The notes beneath the pieces were generated by a model that worked only from the letters and a program-made list of their open reading frames with translations, made no database searches and was not told the origin of the DNA. A DNA stretch of 41,019 nucleotides, taken from assembly GCA_035943155.1 (NCBI GenBank), contig DASZCJ010000050.1, positions 1 to 41,019 of the forward strand. Reading direction: 5' to 3'. The stretch comes from Xanthobacteraceae bacterium. GTDB taxonomy: Bacteria; Pseudomonadota; Alphaproteobacteria; Rhizobiales; Xanthobacteraceae. Made by a program: the position numbers and the translations under genes. Below, piece after piece: positions 35,482 through 41,019 of the stretch. Every line of letters begins with the position of its first letter. The stretch's first letter is position 1.

Positions 35482-36677
35482 GCGATCTGTCCCACCTCGC
35501 TTGGCCATTTTTCAGCGAAGCACATCGGCACTTCGCCGCGGGGCTCGGGCAATGGGCGAACCGCAATGTAGTCGCTCATATCGATCATACGGACGTCGAT
35601 CGCACTTGCCGCACCCTCGTCCGCGAACTCGGCGACGCCGGATGGTTGAAGGCAGTCGTGCCAGGGGCCTTTGGTGGGCTGTCGGACAAGATCGATGTGC
35701 GCACGCTTTGTCTGGCGCGGGAGATTCTCGCTTGGCATGACAGCCTCGCGGACTTCGCTTTCGCCATGCAAGGCCTGGGAACCGGCTCGATCTCGCTGTT
35801 CGGCAGCGACGAGCTGAAGGCAAAATACCTCCCGCCGGTGCGCGATGGCCGCCATATCGCCGCTTTCGCGCTCTCTGAACCCGAAGCCGGCTCCGACGTC
35901 AGTGCGCTCGCAACCACCGCGAAAGCCGACGGGCCCGCCCATGTCCGTCTCGACGGGATCAAAACTTGGATCTCCAACGGCGGCATCGCCGACCACTACG
36001 TCGTGTTCGCACGCAGCGGTGAAGCGCCCGGCGCCAAGAGTCTGTCCGCTTTTGTCGTCGACGCCGACGCGCCTGGACTCTCGGTTGCCGGCCGGATCGA
36101 GATCATCGCCCCGCATCCGCTGGCGACGCTGCGCTTGCAAGGCTGCCGTGTGCCGGTAGCGAATAGGCTGGGGTCGCCTGGCGCCGGCTTCAAGGTGGCG
36201 ATGGCAACACTCGACATTTTCCGTTCGACGGTTGCGGCGGCGGCGCTCGGTCTGGCGCGACGCGCTTTGCACGAGGCGATCGAGCAGGCGGCGACGCGGA
36301 AACTGTTCGGCGGGCCACTCGCCGACCTGCAGATGACGCAAGCTTCGCTCGCCGACAGCGCGGCCGAGGTCGATGCGGCGGCATTGCTGGTCTATCGCGC
36401 CGCTTGGACCAAGGACCAGGGTGCCGCGCGCAATACGCGCGAATCCTCGATCGCGAAAATGTTTGCCACCGAGAAGGCGCAACGCGTGATCGACCGCGCT
36501 GTGCAGATTTTCGGTGGCAACGGCGTGCGGGTGGGGGTCAAGGTCGAGGCGCTCTACCGCGAGATTCGCGCGTTGCGCATCTACGAGGGCGCGACCGAGG
36601 TGCAGAAGGTCGTTATCGCCCGCGAATTGATAAAGTCGCGCGCCGCTGCGCCGACCACGGAGCGTATGCGAGCATGA
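35478..36677 (+). CDS. Acyl-CoA dehydrogenase
   Basis: 399 aa. [19 protein letters not shown], catalytic-base region [14 protein letters not shown] overlap with the ligase stop. Confidence 0.85.
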   Translation: MSDLSHLAWPFFSEAHRHFAAGLGQWANRNVVAHIDHTDVDRTCRTLVRELGDAGWLKAVVPGAFGGLSDKIDVRTLCLAREILAWHDSLADFAFAMQGLGTGSISLFGSDELKAKYLPPVRDGRHIAAFALSEPEAGSDVSALATTAKADGPAHVRLDGIKTWISNGGIADHYVVFARSGEAPGAKSLSAFVVDADAPGLSVAGRIEIIAPHPLATLRLQGCRVPVANRLGSPGAGFKVAMATLDIFRSTVAAAALGLARRALHEAIEQAATRKLFGGPLADLQMTQASLADSAAEVDAAALLVYRAAWTKDQGAARNTRESSIAKMFATEKAQRVIDRAVQIFGGNGVRVGVKVEALYREIRALRIYEGATEVQKVVIARELIKSRAAAPTTERMRA

Positions 36678-37429
36678 TCACGTTAGCGCACGGTGACAGT
36701 ATTGCGACGCTCTTGCTAAGCCACCCGCCGGTCAATGCGGTGAGCGATGAATTCATTACCCTGTTCGACGCAAAACTCGACGAGCTGGCGGCGCAATCGG
36801 ATTGCAAGGTTCTGCTTGTGCGTTCCGATCAGAAGGTGTTCTGCGCCGGCGCGGATCTTGTTCAAGTCCGCGAGCGTTTTGATGCTGCCGACGGACCCGA
36901 TTGCACCTATCGCTATGTCGCGGCCCTGCAACGCCTTTACCGGCGGCTTGAGCTGTTGCCGCAAGTGACATTGGCCGAGATCGGCGGAGCGGCCATGGGC
37001 GGCGGATTCGAATTGGCACTCGCCTGCGATCTCCGCATCGTCGCGCTCGAAGCCAAGCTCGGCCTGCCTGAGGCCCGCCTTGGGCTCATTCCCGCCGCCG
37101 GCGGCACGCAACGCCTGACCAGATTGTGCGGTCGATCGGTGGCATCGCGCCTCATTCTCGGAGCCGAAATCATCGATGGCGCAGAGGCGGTTCGCCTTGG
37201 CGTCGCGCAATGGGCTGTTGCCCGCGCTGAGCTCCCGACACGTGCCGCCGAGATCGTCCGGCACATCGCGGCATTGCCGGCTCCGGCATTGCGCGCCAGC
37301 AAAAAATGCATTGCCGCGGCCGAACAGCCTGGCGATCGCGGCTATCTCGACGAACTTGCAGAAACGCGGCGGCTGTCGACCAATTCCGAGACCCGCGAAC
37401 GCGTCGCGGCATTTCTCGCCAGCCATTGA
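36674..37429 (+). CDS. Enoyl-CoA hydratase/isomerase (crotonase) family protein
   Basis: ORF 36404..37429 trimmed to ATG 36674 (ATGA overlap with the dehydrogenase stop). 251 aa. [43 protein letters not shown]. Confidence 0.8.
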   Translation: MITLAHGDSIATLLLSHPPVNAVSDEFITLFDAKLDELAAQSDCKVLLVRSDQKVFCAGADLVQVRERFDAADGPDCTYRYVAALQRLYRRLELLPQVTLAEIGGAAMGGGFELALACDLRIVALEAKLGLPEARLGLIPAAGGTQRLTRLCGRSVASRLILGAEIIDGAEAVRLGVAQWAVARAELPTRAAEIVRHIAALPAPALRASKKCIAAAEQPGDRGYLDELAETRRLSTNSETRERVAAFLASH

Positions 37430-37463
37430 TGACGATGTCGAGGCAATGGAAAGGACCGCTCCC

Positions 37464-38210
37464 ATGAAACTTGATGGCAAAACAGCGCTGATCACGGGAG
37501 GCGCTTCCGGCATCGGCAAAGCGACGGTCCTGGAATTTGCCCGTTGCGGGGCGCGCGTCATTTGCGCTGATGTCAACGGTGCCAAAGCAGCGGAGGTGAC
37601 CAAAGAGGCCGCCGATGCGGGGCTTGCGGTTGAGGCCGTTGCGGTCGATCTGGCCGATCCGAAATCGGCGCGACGCTGCGCTGCGGAGGTAATCGCTCGC
37701 AGCGGTCGGGTCGACTTGCTGGTCAACGCGGCGGGTTGGAATGACCTCCAGCCGTTCATCGACAATACGTCCGACTACATGGACCGCGTCATCGCTGTCA
37801 ATCTCGGCGGTCCAGTGCATCTCACGCAAGCGCTGCTGCCGCCCATGATCGCAGCCGGAAAAGGCAAGATTATTAATGTTTCGAGCGATGCCGGCCGTGT
37901 CGGCAGCGGCGGCGAAACAGTTTATGCGGCCGCCAAGGGTGGCGTTATCGCATTCACCAAGTCGCTCGCGCGCGAGGTAGCGCGCTACGCGATCAACGTT
38001 AACTGCGTATGCCCGGGCCCCACCGACACGCCGATGCTGGCCACTCGCCCAGAAAAGTTGCGGGAAGCCTTCATCAAGGCGATCCCGTTTCGCCGCTTCG
38101 CTAGGCCACAGGAGATCGCCGATGCCATCCTGTTTTTCGCTAGTTCGCGGTCCGATTATGTCACTGGACAAATCTTGAGCATCAGCGGCGGGCTGACATT
38201 TGCTGGATGA
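37464..38210 (+). CDS. Short-chain dehydrogenase/reductase (likely 3-hydroxyacyl-CoA dehydrogenase)
   Basis: ORF 37176..38210 trimmed to ATG 37464 (GGAAAGGA RBS); ATG 37446 is an alternative. TGGASGIGKA, NAAG, catalytic S...YAAAK, PGPTDTP. Confidence 0.8.
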   Translation: MKLDGKTALITGGASGIGKATVLEFARCGARVICADVNGAKAAEVTKEAADAGLAVEAVAVDLADPKSARRCAAEVIARSGRVDLLVNAAGWNDLQPFIDNTSDYMDRVIAVNLGGPVHLTQALLPPMIAAGKGKIINVSSDAGRVGSGGETVYAAAKGGVIAFTKSLAREVARYAINVNCVCPGPTDTPMLATRPEKLREAFIKAIPFRRFARPQEIADAILFFASSRSDYVTGQILSISGGLTFAG

Positions 38211-38261
38211 CGTGCGCTTGGCGCAATCCAATCGCCTCGTCGATGAAGAAGGAACATCGTC

Positions 38262-39119
38262 ATGAACGACACGGCCAAGCGTTTCCAACCGACCGGGCTC
38301 GATTTTACCAACTTCAAGGCCAAGCATTTTCTTTGGCAGGTCGACGGCAAGGTCGCGACCGTGACGTTGAACCGGCCCGAGCGGAAAAACCCGCTCACAT
38401 TGGATTCCTATGCCGAACTGCGCGATACGTTCCGTAATCTCGTCTATTCGGATGCCGTCAAGTCTGTGGTTATCACCGGTGCCGGCGACAACTTTTGCTC
38501 TGGCGGCGACGTTCACGAAATAATCGGCCCGCTGGTCGAGATGCAGCGCAAAGATGATATGGCTGGCTTGCTCGCCTTCACACGTATGACCGGCGACTTG
38601 GTCAAGGCGATGCGCGCCTGCCCGCAACCAATCGTCGCGGCTATCGATGGCGTGTGCGCAGGCGCCGGCGCGATCCTGGCGATGGCGTCTGATCTGCGCT
38701 ACGGCACCGCACGCAGTAAGGTGGCCTTCCTGTTCGTACGGGTCGGACTAGCCGGCGCCGACATGGGTGCCTGCAATATCCTGCCGCGAATAGTCGGCGC
38801 CGGCCGTGCCGCCGAACTTCTTTATACCGGGCGTTTGATGGACGGACCGGAGGCGGAACGTTGGGGCTTCTACAATAAGCTGTGCGAGCCTGAGGCTGTG
38901 CTCGCGGATGCACAGGCAGCGGCGAAGTTGCTCGCCGGCGGACCTACCTTTGCCCATGCCATGACAAAGAAATGCATTCACCAAGAATGGAACATGGGCA
39001 TCGATGACGCCATCGAGGCTGAGGCTCAAGCGCAAGCCATCTGTATGCAGACCAAGGACTTCGAGCGTGCCTATTTGGCCTTTGTGAACAAGCAGCGGCC
39101 TATGTTCGCAGGAAACTGA
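38262..39119 (+). CDS. Enoyl-CoA hydratase/isomerase (crotonase) family protein, second copy
   Basis: 285 aa. [49 protein letters not shown]. Not the MenB/BadI/Oah subtype by eye. Confidence 0.75.
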   Translation: MNDTAKRFQPTGLDFTNFKAKHFLWQVDGKVATVTLNRPERKNPLTLDSYAELRDTFRNLVYSDAVKSVVITGAGDNFCSGGDVHEIIGPLVEMQRKDDMAGLLAFTRMTGDLVKAMRACPQPIVAAIDGVCAGAGAILAMASDLRYGTARSKVAFLFVRVGLAGADMGACNILPRIVGAGRAAELLYTGRLMDGPEAERWGFYNKLCEPEAVLADAQAAAKLLAGGPTFAHAMTKKCIHQEWNMGIDDAIEAEAQAQAICMQTKDFERAYLAFVNKQRPMFAGN

Positions 39120-39163
39120 ACTATCGCTGTCGACGCGCGGAGGACGGCGTTTAGGAGTATGCC

Positions 39164-39577
39164 ATGTCGATGCGCGTTTTGCTTCCAGCCGGGTGGGCGT
39201 CGCCGAGCGGATATGCCAACGGGATCGAGGTGTCGGCCGGTCGCATCGTGTTCGTGGCAGGCCAGGTGGGATGGGACGCGGCGCAGCGGTTCCAGAGCGA
39301 CACACTTGTCCCCCAGTTCGAGCAGGCACTCAAGAACGTCCTTGCGGTGCTCACCGAGGCCGGCGGTGCCCCTGAGCACATCTGCCGAATGACTGCCTAT
39401 TGCACCGACAAGACCGCTTATCTGAACAGCCGGCGCGAGCTTGGTCGCATCTGGCGTCGTCTCATGGGCAATCATTACCCGGCCATGAGCATGATTTTTG
39501 TCGCCGACCTGCTCGATGCTCCGGGCAAGATCGAGTTAGAAGCGACCGCGGTCGTGCCAACGGGTCGTGACGTCTGA
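39164..39577 (+). CDS. RidA/YjgF/L-PSP family protein (enamine/imine deaminase family)
   Basis: 137 aa. AGGAG RBS. YANGIEVSAGRIVFVAGQVG, NVLAVLTEAGG, C-terminal IELEATAVV are typical of the family. Confidence 0.7.
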   Translation: MSMRVLLPAGWASPSGYANGIEVSAGRIVFVAGQVGWDAAQRFQSDTLVPQFEQALKNVLAVLTEAGGAPEHICRMTAYCTDKTAYLNSRRELGRIWRRLMGNHYPAMSMIFVADLLDAPGKIELEATAVVPTGRDV

Positions 39578-39708
39578 GCAGTTGAGGCCGGAGAAACCTT
39601 GAATGTTGTGAAGCGCGGCTGTTTTAAACTCGCGATCAATCAAATTGCGTCAGCGAGTGCCCGGCAAGCATCTCATGAGGTCTTCTAGACTCCATTATGG
39701 CGCGCTTA

Positions 39709-40014
39709 TCAGTCAATTAGAATACCAGGGTTCAAGATATGATGCGGGTCGAGCTTCTGCTTGACCGCTTTCAAGGCGTCAGCGAACAGTTGGGGCCGTT
39801 CTCGGTCGTACCCGGTCCGATGATCGCGGCCGAGCGCGTGATAGTGTGTGATCGTCCCGCCAGCGTTGACCATAGCTTCTGAGGCTGCGGATTTGATCGC
39901 CCAGAACTGTTCGACCAGCTTTCGTTTGTCGCCAAACGCGTGCCATGACGGTGCTTGCCCATCTGGATAAAGATGTGTGAAGCGCACCGTAAAACAGCCC
40001 CGACCGAAGCCCAC
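39709..40014 (-). pseudogene. C-terminal remnant of an FAD-linked oxidase (GlcD / alkyl-DHAP synthase / D-lactate dehydrogenase family)
   Basis: Only about 100 codons, opening at a GTG. The sequence corresponds to the extreme C-terminus of a 450-550 aa family: THLYPDG, GGTITHYHALGRDH, KLDPHHILNPGIL. Nothing upstream could supply the FAD-binding domain, because the next gene starts at 40050 on the other strand. Confidence 0.55.
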
Positions 40015-40049
40015 GCTTTGATCTATGTCACGATGCTATCCGACGCCTC

Positions 40050-40829
40050 GTGCCGTATCGTCTCGTGATCACCGATCCGCTGTTCTATCTCGTCGCCGTC
40101 CCCGCCGTGACGCTGCTCGGCCTCAGCAAGGGCGGCTTTGCGGGCCTCGGCATGATCGCAACGCCGCTGGTGGCGCTCGTCGTGCCGCCGCTGCAGGGCG
40201 CGGCAATCCTGCTGCCGATCCTCATCTGCCAGGACGCCATCTCGGTTTGGATCTACCGCCGCCATTGGGATGCCTGGAATCTGAAAGTTTTGGTGCCCGG
40301 TTCCGTCCTCGGCATCGGCACCGCCGGGCTGTTCGCAAGCCACGTATCGAATGCCGTGATCGAGCTCAGCGTGGGCGCCATCGGGCTCTGCTTCGTGCTT
40401 TACATGTGGCTTCGACCCTACATCTGGCGAGCGTCCGTAAAAGGATACCGGCCCAATGCGGTGATGGGTGTCCTGTGTGGCTTGCTCGCTGGTTTCATGT
40501 CGACGCTGATCCAGGTTGGCACGCCGCCCTATCAAATCCACGTTCTGCCGCAGCGCCTCGAAAAAATGACGCTGGTCGGCACCACAGTCATGTTCTTCGC
40601 TTTCATGAACCTGATGAAGATTGTGCCCTATTTTGCGCTCGGGCAGTTCTCGCCACGTAGTCTCGCCACTTCCCTGGCGTTGCTGCCGCTCGCGGTTGGG
40701 ACGAATTTTCTCGGCGTCTGGCTCGTGCGCAAGACGCCAACCGAGCAGTTTTACCGGATCGCCTACCTGCTGATGCTCTTGATCTCGCTCGCTTTGCTTT
40801 GGCAGGGGTGGAGAGGTCTTGGCCGCTGA
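40050..40829 (+). CDS. TauE/SafE (DUF81) family anion exporter-like membrane protein
   Basis: 259 aa with about eight hydrophobic helices. LGLSKGGFAGLGMIATPLV and the internal repeat GLLAGFMSTLIQVG are typical of the family. GTG start at 40050; GTG 40068 is an alternative. Confidence 0.65.
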   Translation: MPYRLVITDPLFYLVAVPAVTLLGLSKGGFAGLGMIATPLVALVVPPLQGAAILLPILICQDAISVWIYRRHWDAWNLKVLVPGSVLGIGTAGLFASHVSNAVIELSVGAIGLCFVLYMWLRPYIWRASVKGYRPNAVMGVLCGLLAGFMSTLIQVGTPPYQIHVLPQRLEKMTLVGTTVMFFAFMNLMKIVPYFALGQFSPRSLATSLALLPLAVGTNFLGVWLVRKTPTEQFYRIAYLLMLLISLALLWQGWRGLGR

Positions 40830-40937
40830 GAAACGCGCACCGATCGTTTGGCGGATGCTCCTCCATTTGGTGATCCGCACAATGCGCTCATGCGCTATAG
40901 CCCGGGCCAAGCTGCTGCCGACCCCCGCGCCGCGCGC

Positions 40938-40966
40938 AAATAAAGAGCCCCGACAGTCGCCGGGGC
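40938..40966 (-). terminator. Possible intrinsic terminator for a minus-strand gene lying beyond the window end
   Basis: GCCCCG (40947-52) pairs with CGGGGC (40961-66). On the minus strand the stem is followed by TCTTTATTT. The terminated gene is not visible. Confidence 0.3.
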
Positions 40967-41019
40967 CAAGCGGGGGGTACTGACTGGAGCGCGTGTATGA
41001 AGAATAGGCACCGCGTCAG

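Noticed and set aside
35418-38627. Minus-strand ORFs of 354, 349 and 485 aa opposite the ACAD, crotonase and SDR genes
   Set aside because: Shadow ORFs in GC-rich DNA with Arg/Ala-rich low-complexity translations. The plus-strand genes carry canonical motifs and coupled starts.
1-41019. Searched by eye for CRISPR repeats, tRNA/rRNA genes, IS elements, integrases, toxin-antitoxin or defence-type genes
   Set aside because: I found no regularly spaced direct repeats, no cloverleaf-like or rRNA-like segments in the few non-coding stretches, and no transposase, recombinase or nuclease-like ORFs. The window is metabolic throughout.

Overview
GC-rich window (about 60-65% GC by eye, except a lower-GC stretch near 1.6-3.4 kb). 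Gene content and codon style look proteobacterial, probably alphaproteobacterial; I cannot verify taxonomy without a search. Nearly the whole 41 kb is an anaerobic aromatic-compound catabolic island built around a Thauera-type, ATP-dependent class I benzoyl-CoA reductase. On the plus strand, one operon carries had-oah-dch-bcrCBAD-fdx (20142-28083), the complete central benzoyl-CoA pathway down to ring cleavage. Next to it, on the minus strand, are korAB with a translationally coupled ferritin/rubrerythrin-like gene (2-oxoacid:ferredoxin oxidoreductase, the likely ferredoxin reductant), and hcrCAB (4-hydroxybenzoyl-CoA reductase). A long minus-strand operon (14139 down to 3411) encodes a periplasmic binding protein, two permeases and two ATPases (LivKHMGF-type). 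These are followed by a FlK-like hotdog thioesterase, a PadB-like molybdopterin oxidoreductase, a fused PadC-PadD-like FeS/membrane subunit and a PaaK-type phenylacetate-CoA ligase, together a candidate anaerobic phenylacetate uptake and alpha-oxidation module. Less canonical parts are listed here. (i) A six-gene plus-strand operon: benzoate-type CoA ligase, acyl-CoA dehydrogenase, crotonase, SDR, crotonase and a RidA-family gene. (ii) A hemerythrin-GNAT-GNAT operon wedged between fdx and hcrB. (iii) An orphan UbiD-family (de)carboxylase convergent with a PNPOx-like flavoprotein. (iv) A low-GC islet with a second hemerythrin-domain gene. Almost every operon-leading intergenic region carries a TTGAT-N4-ATCAA (FNR/FixK/AadR-type) palindrome. 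Six of them are centred 61-68 nt upstream of a start codon. No transcription-factor gene is recognisable in the window. The window edges show decay: a membrane-protein gene with two frame changes near 1.0-1.6 kb and a C-terminal remnant of an FAD-linked oxidase near 39.7-40.0 kb. I found no tRNA, rRNA, CRISPR array, transposase or integrase. Product names come from motif recognition and gene context only; no database search was possible.
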